In this document: positions 1 through 12,000 of the stretch, piece by piece
Numbering within the stretch: position 1 is the first letter of the stretch
Layout: every line of letters begins with the position of its first letter
NCBI RefSeq assembly: GCF_030684315.1
Contig: NC_081367.1
Location: forward strand, 11,886,792-11,950,791
Source of the DNA: Stegostoma tigrinum
Lineage: Eukaryota
Length of the DNA stretch: 64,000 bases
Direction: 5' to 3'
Position numbers and translations under genes: made by a program
Notes under the pieces: generated by a model
The model's database searches: none
What the model was told of the DNA's origin: nothing
What the model saw: the letters and a program-made list of their open reading frames with translations, nothing else

Positions 1-415
1 TTTGAGTTTGCTTTTTAAAAATGTTAAGAGGATCTTAATTAATGTTCCTACTAATAAACCGGGCCAGGTGGAATATGGTGGCCCACCACTTGTTCGAGTG
101 AGCTAATCTCAGCCGCCTTACCCACCAGAGACTGCATTTAACCTCAACATTATCACCTTCGGAAGGAAAATAAGCATCCTGGATTTGTCTTCCGGATCAC
201 ACAGCTGAAATACTGACTGATTATTAGGCACATGCACAATGTGTGTACGGTCTGGATTGTACGTGGCTTTGATTTTTTTTTCCCCTGTGTCCAAGTAACC
301 ACTGATGTTCTCACAATTCAGAATGGTGTTTAGACAGTATTAATAATTCAATTATATATTAAAGAAAACATTTCTCATTTATTACTTGTGTTTAACTGAG
401 AGTTTTAAATTACAG

Positions 416-490
416 AAATGTGGATATATTTTACTCAGATTGTTTTGTGAACCAGATGCCCTGGAGTTTGAAAAAAACCCCTGTGACATT
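416..490 (+). CDS. SP100/SP110/SP140-like nuclear body protein, bromodomain exon (third from last; gene extends upstream of the window)
   Basis: ttacag|AAATGT...GACATT|gtaagt; 75 nt, phase 0/0; KCGYILLRLFCEPDALEFEKNPCDI resembles the bromodomain helix Z of SP140 (KCEFLLLKVYC) and TRIM24 (KCERLLLFLYC). Confidence 0.85.
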
Positions 491-1034
491 GTAAGTATTT
501 GACATCAGTCCCTGTCGTTCAGTTGGTTATTTTAGTGCCAGTTGTAACAAGCAGAATTGCTCAGTGTGTGTGACCCAGCATACATGCTAAACATTATTAA
601 TAAATAAAGATGAACCAACTGGGTGTTAGCCCTATTATGTACACTATGCTAGAACTGGTGCATGCATTAATTGTGTAATACACCTGGTCCGTGAACCTAT
701 TGACGTGTTAGAGTTCAAGTAGGTGAAATAGAATTCAGTCATATTTGCTAACCAGGTTTTTGTGAGGAACATTAGTTACCTCTATCATGGGCTGCTGTTG
801 CTGTCCCAGCCTGAACTTGCATTGGTAAAAATGACCAGAATCGGAAAAACTCAGTGACGGTCTTTGCAACTCCTGTTCCTGCTGTTCCGTGGGACCTGAA
901 AATTCAGTGTACAGTATTGTTCCTTTCCTTGTTTATAGTTGTAATGTGGATTTCCACTTAATCCCTATTTGTATATTTTCCAGCTGAGATCCCTTCATTC
1001 TTAATAATGTGATGCTAGTGTTCCCAATAGAAAG

Positions 1035-1385
1035 GTGATGACAGTGGCATAGCAGTAAGATCACTGGACTAGTAACCTAGAGGCCCAGGCTATTGCTTCA
1101 TAATATGGCAGCTGGTAGCATTTAAGTTCAATTAATAAAACATCCAAAATCACAAGTTAATTGCAGTAATGATGCCATCATCACCAATGGGAAAAACCCA
1201 CCTTGTTCAGTAGTATCCTAAAAAGCTGCCATCCGCAGTTTAGTCTACAAGGGACTCCAGACCCATAGCAATATGGATAACTTGTAAATGCCCAGGTGAA
1301 AATATCCAAACCAACCACATGCTTCAAGTAATTTGTTTTATGTGAAAGTTGCTGGCCTTGCCAGTATTGTCCACATCCCATGATA
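1035..1385 (+). mobile_element. tRNA-derived SINE (decayed)
   Basis: Same head and 3' tail as the copies at 13770-14070, 20335-20570 and 32170-32530. Confidence 0.65.
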
Positions 1386-1839
1386 GATTAGAGTAAAAAA
1401 GTGATTGTTGTGTCTTAGAGATTACAGATTCAGTTTCCTTACATTTTCATATACGTCATGGTCATTCACTCTTGTTGTTTGGTGTCTAGTCTTCCCAGTC
1501 CCAATTTATCATTCCTTCTACAGTGTTGTACATTCATAGATGTTTATTTTCACCAACCGCTAATCTCCCCATCACCAGCCACTTTGCTGAAACAGCAATG
1601 GGGTACTGTATTAGAGTGAGCAAAATACTTAGTCCATATTGATTTTAAAATTTGTGCATTTTCAGGTGTCCACACAATTGTTCTTTCTCTGTCTACTCTG
1701 GCAGGTTTCATGTGGTGTTCTATTCATTCTTGGTTATTTGCAACGTCTTGTACAATAAGAATCTGTGCTTATTTTTTTACATAAACTCAACTGGGATTTC
1801 CCTGTACATCCCTGCTTATTGCCATCTGCATTTTCACAG

Positions 1840-1983
1840 GTTCCAAATTATGGTAATATAATTGAAAGCCCGATGTGGTTCTGCAGGGTGAAGGAGAAGC
1901 TGGCCACGAACAAATATCACCTCGTGGGTGGTTTTATCGATGACATCAGGCTAATCTTCCATAATTGTGCCAGATTCAACCAG
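1840..1983 (+). CDS. SP100/SP110/SP140-like protein, bromodomain exon (penultimate)
   Basis: ttttcacag|GTT...CAG|gtaatc; 144 nt, phase 0/0; VPNYGNIIESPMWFCRVKEKLATNKYHLVGGFIDDIRLIFHNCARFNQ. PMW and Y..V.GF..D.RLIF.N are SP-family-type bromodomain signatures. Confidence 0.9.
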
Positions 1984-2359
1984 GTAATCAACAAAGCAGT
2001 ATGGCTTCACCAGCACAGACTCTCTTGATTGTGGTGGTGACCCCTAAAGAGAGTTGCACATTAATTGCTGCTCCACGTCTGTGCTATAAAGATCCCCTGT
2101 GGAAATTTTGGGACAGTGTCTTCCTCACTTCCTTCTTTTCCCCTGTTTGCTCATTTTATGGTCGCCGTATTTAAGGGAGGATATAAATGTGTTGGAGGCA
2201 GTTCAGTGTGTCCCCTAGGCTAATACCTGGAGTGGGTGGGTTGTTTGTTTTATCAAAGCTTGGACAGACAAGGCTCATACCCACTGGAGTTTAGAAAAGT
2301 AAGAGCCGATTCGGTTGAAACATGTAAAAACCTAAGAGGTCCTACTAAGATGTGGAAGA

Positions 2360-2900
2360 GAAAATAAAAAACAGAACAACTGCAGATGCTGTAAATCGGA
2401 ATCAGAAACAGAGACAGAAATTGCTGGAAAAGCTCAGCAGGCCTGGCAGCATCTGTGGAGAGAAATTAGAGTTAATATTTTGGGTCCGGTGATCCTTCCT
2501 CAGAACTAATGATAGCCTGGAAAATGTTGGTTTTCGTGTAGAAGATAAGGGGTGGAGGACGGATAAGGAGTAAACAATGGGTTACGATAGAGTCCAAAGA
2601 AAGAGAAGAAAAGTTGGACAAAGGAGTGGGTAACAGCCTGGCGAGGAATATTAATGGCTGTTAATGGAGACTATTATTGGTGAGCAATGGGTAATAGTGG
2701 ACTGAGTGATAACAAGGCCTAGTATGTGTTCCCTGGCCAATATCTCTGCCTCAGGTGTGCTGCAGGGCTCCAGCGAAGCCCAGCATTAGCCAGAAGACTA
2801 ACATGGCATGTCAGTTTCTATCGGAGGACCCTGCTGCCTTCTGGACTCAAAATTCAATAACTTTACAGCTTGAACTTTCCTATGTCCTAGCCCTCACCCC
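2360..2900 (-). mobile_element. Penelope-like element 3' fragment
   Basis: gctggaaaagctcagcaggcctggcagcatctgtggag terminal motif; reverse complement of the element at 51090-52030. Confidence 0.7.
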
Positions 2901-3039
2901 ACACCAGACCACCTCCTAAATGCAGGACATTGCAGTATGTTTCAAATTCACAGCGTTCATTTTTTTTTAATCTGCTAGGTTTTGGCCAGGACAAGTGGGT
3001 TTGAGAAATTGGAAAACAAACTAGGGAAGGGACTTGCAC

Positions 3040-3360
3040 TCTTGACCTGGGTTTGAGAAATTGAAACACAGAGAGACAAGAATATGAGTGAGGATAGGGA
3101 GCTGAAGAAGTAGAGAGGGTGACCAAAAAGACAATGGGAGAGTGTGAGAGAGGGTCTGATCAGGAGAGTGTGAGAAGAGGCTGAGATAAAGGATTGAGAG
3201 AGGGTCAACAGGGAGGAGGTTGTGATAGAGAGGAGGGACTAGAGGGGAGTAGAGAAGAGAGTGAGACGGGCAGGTTGGAGGGGAGAAGGGCTGAACGATG
3301 GGGACAGGGAGAGACAATGAGAGAGAAATGTGCTGGGGAAAGGAAACAGTGAGAGAGAGG
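3040..3360. repeat. purine-rich (GA/GGA) low-complexity tract
   Basis: Irregular gagagg/ggag runs; source of three spurious minus-strand ORFs. Confidence 0.7.
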
Positions 3361-3468
3361 TGACCTTTTGTTGGGATGAGAAGAAAGTGAGCAATGTTAC
3401 AGTTTCTGTAACTGAAGTAGGTTAGAGATCCTGGACAGTTTACTGATGGCTTCTCTTCTTATTACTAG

Positions 3469-3588
3469 GGAAATGAACTTGAAGCCATTGGAAGAAAATT
3501 TAGTGATGAATTTGAAGAGGTTATGGTGCAGGTATTTGATATCGGTAATGATTGTCTTAATATCCCACAAGTGGACAAATGGGATTAA
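3469..3588 (+). CDS. SP100/SP110/SP140-like protein, terminal coding exon
   Basis: ttcttattactag|GGA...TAA; GNELEAIGRKFSDEFEEVMVQVFDIGNDCLNIPQVDKWD*, similar to the SP140 C-terminal helix ([21 protein letters not shown]). The protein ends just after the bromodomain, as in SP proteins. Confidence 0.85.
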   Translation, partial: GNELEAIGRKFSDEFEEVMVQVFDIGNDCLNIPQVDKWD

Positions 3589-3686
3589 ATGAAGAACTAC
3601 AATGTGTTAATGTACCAGAATCTTAACTGCACTTTTTGAACTCCATATTTCAATATAGATATACATATATTTTCTGTATCTTTTAT

Positions 3687-3692
3687 AATAAA
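3687..3692 (+). terminator. polyadenylation signal of the SP-like gene
   Basis: AATAAA about 100 nt after the stop codon, followed by a GT/T-rich tract (3720-3750). Confidence 0.6.
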
Positions 3693-4429
3693 ATAGAAAA
3701 CTAATGATTGAATTCAACGTTGTCAGTTGTTTGCATTTTATTTTTAGGAACATGTTTGCTTGTAGATATTTGTGCATTGTGCATGCCTATACATGCATGT
3801 GTAAGTATACAGAGATGGAGAAATCAGGTATTATTGGGTTGAATCTTGCATGCAGACATACCATGTAGCTAATTGCTGCATGTATTTGCCCATGCAGTGA
3901 GATATGCTGCTCCCAGGTAATGAGGGTCCTGTCTCCAACATTAATCCAGCTTCGGTCTCAGCAACTTGGTGAAGGTGCCATACTGGCTGACTGACCAGCG
4001 CATTACATCAGAAAAAGGAGTGCCTGCAGGACTCCAAAGCGTTTCCCATCCCTGACCCACACCAATCATTTAACTTCTCATAGTATTCAGTGCAGACCAT
4101 TGTTAACCTTACATGACAGATGATGAAGCGTTGCCCTTAATGAGGCAAGTCGAATCATTAACAAGGAAGTTTACAAGCAATGAACACCTCCTGAATTGGC
4201 ACTTGCCCATGAGAAACTAACCTATCACTTGGCAAAAACATAAAAAGATGCAGTAAGGGCTTTCGTGACACAGTGCAAGTGTCGCTATCTGATTCTATCA
4301 CAAAGTTCATGTTGTTCAAACTCCAAAAAATTCCATATGGGTGTGGGTGTATGTGTATATACAGTGTTCATGTGCATGCAAATGTGTGAGACATCCCTGT
4401 ATAAAGCAAGAAGGATTTGCATAAATACA

Positions 4430-5660
4430 GCCCAGTTTGGGCCCTACCAGAGTCACTCACCACCTGACCTCATTACAGCCTTGGTTCAAACATGGACAAA
4501 AGAGCTAAATTCTAGAGGTGAGGTGAAAGTGACAACCGTCAATCAAGTGTGGCATCAAGGAGCCCTAGCAAACCTGGAATCAATGGGTTTCAGGACACAA
4601 ACGCTCTGGAGATTGGAATCATACCTGATTCATAGGAAGACGTTTGAGGTTGGAGTTCAATCATCTCAGATCCAGGACATCTCTGCAGGGGCTCCTCAGG
4701 GTTGGGTCCTTGGCCCAACCATCTTCAGCTGCTTCATCAAGGACCTTCCCTCCATCATAAAGTCAGAAATAGGGATATTTGCCGATTTATTGTCCAATGT
4801 TCAGCACCATTCGTGATTCCTAGCTAGTGATGCAATCCATGTTTAAATGCAACAAGATCTGGACAATATCCAGGCTTGGGCTGACAAGTGGCAAGTGACA
4901 TTCACGCCACACAAATGCCAGTCTATGACCAACACCAATAAGAGACAATGCACCTACCACCCCTTGACATTCAATGGTGTTACCATCACTGAATTCCCCC
5001 CACTATCCACATGCTGGGTGTTTTCATTGACCAGAAACTCAACTGGACTCACCACATAAACACAGTGGCTCCAAGAGCAGGTCAGAAGCTAGGAAAATTG
5101 TAGCGAGTAACTCACCTCCTACTCCTCAAAGTCTGTCCACCATCTACATGGCACAAGTCAGGAGTGTAATGGAATATTCCCCACTTGCCTGGATGGGGTT
5201 AGCCCCAACAACACTCAAGAACTTGACACCATCCAGGACAAAGCAGCCCACTTGATTGGCACTACATCCACAAGCATCCACTCCCAGCATCACTGACACT
5301 CAGTAGCAGCAGTGTGTACTATCTACAAGATGCATGATAGAAATCCACCAAAGATCCTCAGATAGCACCTTCCAAACCCATGACCTCTTCCATTTAGAAG
5401 GACAAGGGCAGCAAACGTATGGGAACAACATCACCTTCAAGTTCCCCTCCAAGCCTCTCACCATCACATCCTGGAAATATATTGCTGTTCCTTCACTGTC
5501 TCCGGGTCAAAATCCTGGAATTCCCTCCTTCATAGCATTGTGGGTCAACCCACAGCAGGAGAACTGCAATGGTTCAGGAAGGCAGCTCACCACCACCTTC
5601 TCAAGGGTAAATAGGGATGGCCAAGAAATGCTGGCCAGCCTTACAAATGAATAAAAAAAA
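4430..5660 (+). mobile_element. CR1/L2-group LINE, 5'-truncated (RT fragment and 3' UTR)
   Basis: RT motifs VWHQGAL, GAPQGWVLGPTIFSCFIKDLP, FAD, QQDLDNIQAWADKWQVTF; frameshifted; ends gaataaaaaaaa. Confidence 0.88.
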
Positions 5661-5779
5661 GTATATTTCATGATCTTCAGTTTTCTGAAAGCTTGGTATA
5701 ATGAAATACCTTTAAAATGTAGGAAATACAGTAGGCAGCTTTTTGGCAGCAGTGACATGCCAGTGACCAAGTCATCATC

Positions 5780-6830
5780 CGTTTTGGATTTGGATGAAAG
5801 CACCAAAGACTCTGCTTGCGATAGACACAAAGAGAAGTTGGCAAGTGAGTTGTGAAGAGAGCCTACAAAAGGATATAAATAGGATAAGTGGGGGGGTGGG
5901 AATCTGGCAAATGAAGTACAACCTGGGAAAGTATGAAATTGTCCATTGTAGCAGAAAGAATAAAAAGAAAGCCTATTACCCAAAGGTGAGAAATTGCAGA
6001 TTTCTTCAGATACAGCAATTATATGGGTATCCCAATAGATTAATAACGGAAGGTCAGTGTGCAGGTACAGCAAGTAATCAGGAAATCTGACAGAATGATA
6101 TGTTTATGGTGAGGAGGATTGGCTGCAGGAGGTTATGCTTCAGTTGTACAGGGCATTGGTGAGACTGCATTTGAAGTACTGTGTACAGTATTGGTCACCA
6201 TGCTGATAGAAGGATGATTAGTGCATTGGAAGCAGGTTAGAGAATATTTACTAACTTAATATCTGGAATGATTGGATTGTCTTGTGAAGAAAGACTTGAC
6301 AGGCAAGGCCTGTAGCCCCTAGAGTTTAGAAGAGCCAGAGGTGACTTAATTGAGACATATAAGATCTTGAGTGGTCTTAACTGGTTTGATGTGGAAAGAA
6401 TGTTATCGCCTGTCGGAGAATGTAGAACTAGGAGCCATAATTTAAAAACAAGGGGCACCATTTTAAATGGATGTGAGGATGCAGGGAGTGGATGCTCGTG
6501 GATGTAATGACAATTCAGCAGACTATACCCTGGATGATGTCAAGCTTTTTGAATGTTGTTGGGGCTGCACTCATCAAGGCAAGTGAGGTGTATTCCAACG
6601 CACTTCTGATTTGTGCCTTGTTTTTTCTTTTTTGGAGAATTGTGACACTGTGGAATTCCTTTGCTCAAAAAGCAGTGGATGCAGAATGTTTAAATACTTT
6701 TAAGGCAAAGGTAGATAGATTTGTGATTACCATGGGGATGAAAGATTATTGGGATATACACAAATGTAGAGTTGAGGTTAAAATCAGATCAGCCATGACA
6801 TTATCGAATGGTGGAGCAGGCTGAAATAGT
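5780..6830 (+). mobile_element. CR1 (HER1-like) LINE 3' fragment with a small antisense LINE insert (about 6470-6620)
   Basis: LQKDINR...WQMKYNLGK, LYRALVRLHLKYCVQYWSP-like nucleotide motif, RIVTLWNSF. Confidence 0.8.
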
Positions 6831-8175
6831 CAATTATTCCTTTATTTGTATGTTCACATATTTTTGTGATGTCGAATGAGGGATAGATATTAGTCAAAAA
6901 TCAAATAATTCAACTGCTTTTCGTAATTGTCTTGGGATACTTTCCATTTGTTTGCGAGAGGGAAGATGTAGCCTTTGTTTAACCTTGATCCCAAAGATGA
7001 AACCTGTGACAGTATTTCACTTCCTCAATACTGCACTGGAACATCAGTCAAGATCTGCATGTTCAATTCACTGGCACGGGACTTGAACACACCAAGTTCA
7101 GTGCTACCCACTGAACAGGAGTTGACACAAAGCATATAATTCTGTCCTCTTTAAAACTATTTCAGACATGAGGACCAGTTCAGTGTTCAGACTCTGCACA
7201 AAGGTGCAACAAAAGGATAATCACCTGGGAGGCAGCCGATTAATTGGCCGCATTTGTATTAGTGTCCAATTAAACGGAGGAGGGAGTTCAGGTTATCACA
7301 AGCCTCTCCAATGGCGATGAGCAGCACCCATTGTGAGAATAGCTCTGCTGAAGGATGGACAGATGGAAATGCAGAGAGACAGCTGTTATTGGATTCTGTG
7401 CAGCAGATGCAAGGTTCACTACATATGACTTTGGGAGGCATCAATCTCCTCCATTTCAATCACTCAGTGGCAATGCTTCAAGATGGGCAGACATGTCCTG
7501 CAGGTATGCTCTTCAACAGCCTCAAATGTAACCAGGCTCCAGCTTCCCAATGTACAACCTCCTTCTCTTACCTGCCAGTTGGTCTCAATAATTGAGATTC
7601 CAATGGGGTCTTGAAACAGGGATTAATTGTTCATTTAGGCACCATTCACAACTCTTCATTTGGCTCCTCAGATTTGTATCAATAACAGAAAATGTTATCA
7701 CCACCTCTTGATTTGTAATGGCATTACCCTTTAAGTGCCCCCACTATCAACATTCTCATGGGTATAATTGAAACTGAACAAGACCAAATGTAAATATTGT
7801 GGTGCAACAGCTGGTCAGACACTGAGAAGTTTTTGGTGAATAGCTCATCTTCCAACTCTCCAAATCTTGTCCACCTTCCTTACATCAGGGATGTAATGGA
7901 ATACTGTCCATTTGCTTGGATGAGTGTAGCTTAAACAACACTTGAAAACGTCAAAACTGTCTACACAAAGCAGTTGGTTTGATTAGCACCCTATCCATCA
8001 TCTTCAACATTCACTTCCGCCTCCTCTGACAGCATCTTCTGAATCCGTTACCTCTAGCAGTATATAACAAAGGCAGCAGATATATGGGAACACCATAAAG
8101 TTCCCCTCCCAGCCACTCACCATCCTAACTTGGAAATATACTGCTGTTCCTTCACTATCAATGCATTAGAATCCT

Positions 8176-8372
8176 AGAACAAAAACAAAGTTGCTGGAAA
8201 AGCTCAGCAGGTCTGGCAGCATCTCTGAAGGAAAAAACAGTTAACATTTCACGTCTGATGACCCTTCCTCAGTTCTGAGGAAGGGTCACTGGACTCGAAA
8301 CATTAACTCTGCTTTTTCCTTCATAATGCTGCCAGACCTGCTGAGCTTTTCCAGCGACTTTGTTTTTGTTCC
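8176..8372. mobile_element. palindromic mini-element made of two inverted Penelope terminal repeats
   Basis: About 95-nt arms aacaaaaacaaagttgctggaaaagctcagcaggtctggcagcat / atgctgccagacctgctgagcttttccagcgactttgtttttgtt, centred near 8272 and inserted in a LINE 3' fragment. Confidence 0.8.
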
Positions 8373-9099
8373 TGATACACGGCTTCCGCGGTTCTTTCAG
8401 TTTTTATTAAAATCGTAGAGCTCCCCTGTTTCCGCCCCACTCCCAACAGCAGTGTGGATGTTCCTATGACACATACACTGCTGAGGTTTGAGAAGATTCC
8501 TTCTTGATGGCAATTGGAGATGGGCTGCAAACGATGGCTTAGCTGGCGACACCGTTGAATTAAGTTAAAATCTTCTGGAGGCTATAATACATAAAGGAGT
8601 TGGCCCAAGGAGCAGCATTTCAAGATTGTCCCCTACCCCAGCACGCCTCCAAAACTGCTTTCACAGCACCTGACCAGCACTGGTGCAGGTGGACTCTCAT
8701 CAGTAGTAGCCAGTCTGGAAGCAGTACCTTTCCAACCAACTCAGCACACGGTCTTATATCTGAAACTAACCGTGAAAATGAAAAGCAAGTGTTCTCTGTA
8801 ACATGGTGGTTGAGTTGTGGGGGTGGCTGTGATAGACAATTGCATTTTTATGCTGGGGGCTGCAAATTGAAAGCAACTCCCTTTATTGTGGGAAGGTGAG
8901 GGTTACTCAGTATTAATCTACAGAGTTCCATTTAAGAAATGCTGTGCTTTTTTACCTGTGATAAAATTAACTAATGTTCAGGGAATTTTCCAACATTTTG
9001 CACTCCCAGTCATATGCAAGCTTCAGAGGGTATTTGTGAGCATTAATTTCAATCTTTGAATATTTTGGCCAGTTATTACTTTAACGCTACTAGTTTGAC

Positions 9100-12000
9100 T
9101 GGGGACTTCCAGCTGTTAGTTGAATACTGTGCTAACCTGAGCCCATTGTTTCAATTTGATGCATCGTTGACACGGTGAGACTTCATTGTAAGGACTTCAG
9201 TCTCTGCTTTTCAGTTGATCAATGTTGGCATTAAAAGTAATTAAATAAGTAAAAGTAAATAATCCTCCAGTAGAGGATTAATGGGCTTGTCTTTCTAGAG
9301 CAATGCCATGTTTCTTTCGAGTAATTATAATTTCAAATATGTTCTATGATTAGTGGACCAGTCAGGACCCTTTACACATTATCTTAACTGTTCCACAGCC
9401 TGATGTGTAAGTGACTTTCTACAGGCACTGGTTAGAGCACAAAAATTGGCTACCAATTTTAGGCAAGCCCTTGGAGCTACCACATTAGACCATCTTATAG
9501 TCTTGGAATTCATGCCCACCTTCATGCCATTCTTACATACCTTGGCATTTAAAAAGAGTTCAGTCAACAGCAAAAGATTATTACTCATGGGCAACAATGA
9601 GTTTGGGCTCATGATCTATTGAGAGGATCCCCAACCTCAAAGGGATATACATAGCATCTACATCCTACGGAATATAGTCCGTTGATAGGACCATAGCAGT
9701 TGATCTTGCTAGACCCTTAAAGAATTTGTTACGGTCCTGCAGCCTGAACCCATTAAAGTGAACTTAAGAACCTGTGTGTTCAGAAGGATAACAAAATGTG
9801 GAGCTGGATGAACACAGCAGGCCAAGCAGCATCTTAGGAGTACTGTCCACTTCAAGCTAAGGCTTCTTAATTCATTGGCGGAATGAAGGCATCCCTGGCT
9901 AGGTCAGTTGTTAGTCATCCCTAGTTGCCACAGAGAAAATTATGGTTGTCTCTGGAACCACTTTCCGTGTGGCACAGGTAGAACGTCAATATTATGAGGG
10001 AGGGAGTGCTTGATTTTAATCCAACAGTAAAGAAATGTCAATTTTCAAGTTAATTTGATATGAGAAAACCATATCAGTGGTGTTTTTCCAATGTATTTGC
10101 TGTCCTTATCCTTCTGGTTAAAGGGATCGCAGGTTTTAAAGTGCTGTTGACGGAGCCTTATTGAGCTTCAAGTGCACCTTTATAGATTTAAGCACATTGT
10201 GGCCCTGTGTATGTTTAGGTTGGTGAATGGACTGCTGATCAATCAGGAGATACCAGTTTTGTAACTGTCCTAGAACAGCTTGGTTAAGGGTGCTCCTAGT
10301 TCCCAAGCTCAGGCCTTCGATAGAATTGCTGGACACTGTCAGGACCCACCCAGTGCCTTCAGGTTTTTTGCTATCATTTTGAGTGAATCAGATTGGCTGA
10401 AAACTAGCATCTGTGATACTGGGGACCTCAGGAGGAAGCCAAGATAGAACATCAATTTGACATTTCTGATTGAAGATTCTTGCAGATACTTTTGCCTTGT
10501 CTTTTGCACTGAAGTGCTGGGCTCCTGTATCATTGAGGTTAATACTCTCTATTTATGGAGTCTCTATTTACTGTTTGATATTTAATTGTCCACCACCATT
10601 CATGACTGGATATTGCAGTACTGTGGAGCTTTGAGCTGATCCATCAGTTGTGGGATCTATCACATTCTGATTCTGTACCTTGGGAGGCAGTAATCCAGCA
10701 TTGTGCCGTCAATGGTTTGACACATCAGTGTTAGGTATGTTTGGTAGTGGTCTTGGTATGTCATTCTGCATTCTTCATTGAAGCAGGGGTTATCCACAGG
10801 TTTGACCATAATGGAAAGGTGGGGAAGTAAGCTGGATAATAAGTTTAGAGATTGTGACCCTGTTCTACAATATTTTTCAGAGCCTCAATATTACCCTTCT
10901 GTGCAAAGCAAAACTGTAAAACTTGACCAAGACTTTATGCAATGACACCAACATTAGTATCCTCCATAGATCATCCGGTGAACTTACCTAACACCTTATT
11001 CACTCTAGCTATTGATTCTTGGCATTGCTGTTGTAACTTCAGAGTGATCTGTGCTAAAATGAACAGATAACTTCCTTCTCCATTTTTTAAAGTAGAAAAT
11101 GATCCAAAATATATCAACAACTCCTTGGCACATCGAAGATAGTTGAACCCAGTGGGAAAAATGGGGTCTCTGAGCTGTTGGTGGGAAATGCAGCATGATA
11201 AACAAGGCTCCGTTGGAGATTTGAGGTAACACAAATTCAACGTATGAAAACTGGTAACAGTGAACCAATGGGATGGCCACTGAGTCTTTTCATTTTGCTC
11301 TAAAATGGTCTTTTTCTCACTCTTTCATTGAACGAAAGCTGTTTAAAGACATAAAACGGAGAGTGTGATGTCCAGTCAGATATGCCAATGTTTGGTTCCT
11401 GTGGAAACTTAAATACAATTAAAAATGTAACTTCCACAACATTTTGTGAAAACATAGGTATCTCATGTAATAGAAACAAAAAAAATGACATATTTGGTGA
11501 CTGTAGAGCTGTTACCCTGACGATCATCTCTCCATTTAACCAATGATACTTATGACAATGTTAAGCTCCCTATGGGATCACTTTCCACTCGCTTATAGCC
11601 ATAATCAAATCAAATAAAGCTCGATACAAAAGATGTGGTTTCTTGGCAATTGAGGGCGTATTTGGGTGAAAGCAAAACTAATTTTTTTTATATAAGATTG
11701 ACTGTGTTCACACCTTAATAGGCAACCTGCCCAGTCCTGGTCGGATGTAATATCAGATTTTCTATCACAAGAGACACCTATCACGTCAATAGGCTGAAAG
11801 GCTAGATTGGTTTATTCCATACTTGTCATTGTTAACAGATTACACTAGATTTTTTATAAAATTCCAGCTTCATTCATGTTAATGTATTTATAAAAAGGTT
11901 TACAACCCTCCTCCTGCATTCATCTCAGAAGCATTGACGATTACTCCTTTACGATCAAGGTATGACAACTTAATTTTGACAACTATAGATTAATGTAGTG

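Noticed and set aside
416-3588. Calling the bromodomain gene TRIM24/TRIM33
   Set aside because: PMW instead of PMD, GF..D.RLIF and termination right after helix C fit SP proteins better. Not fully excluded without the upstream exons, so no symbol is given.
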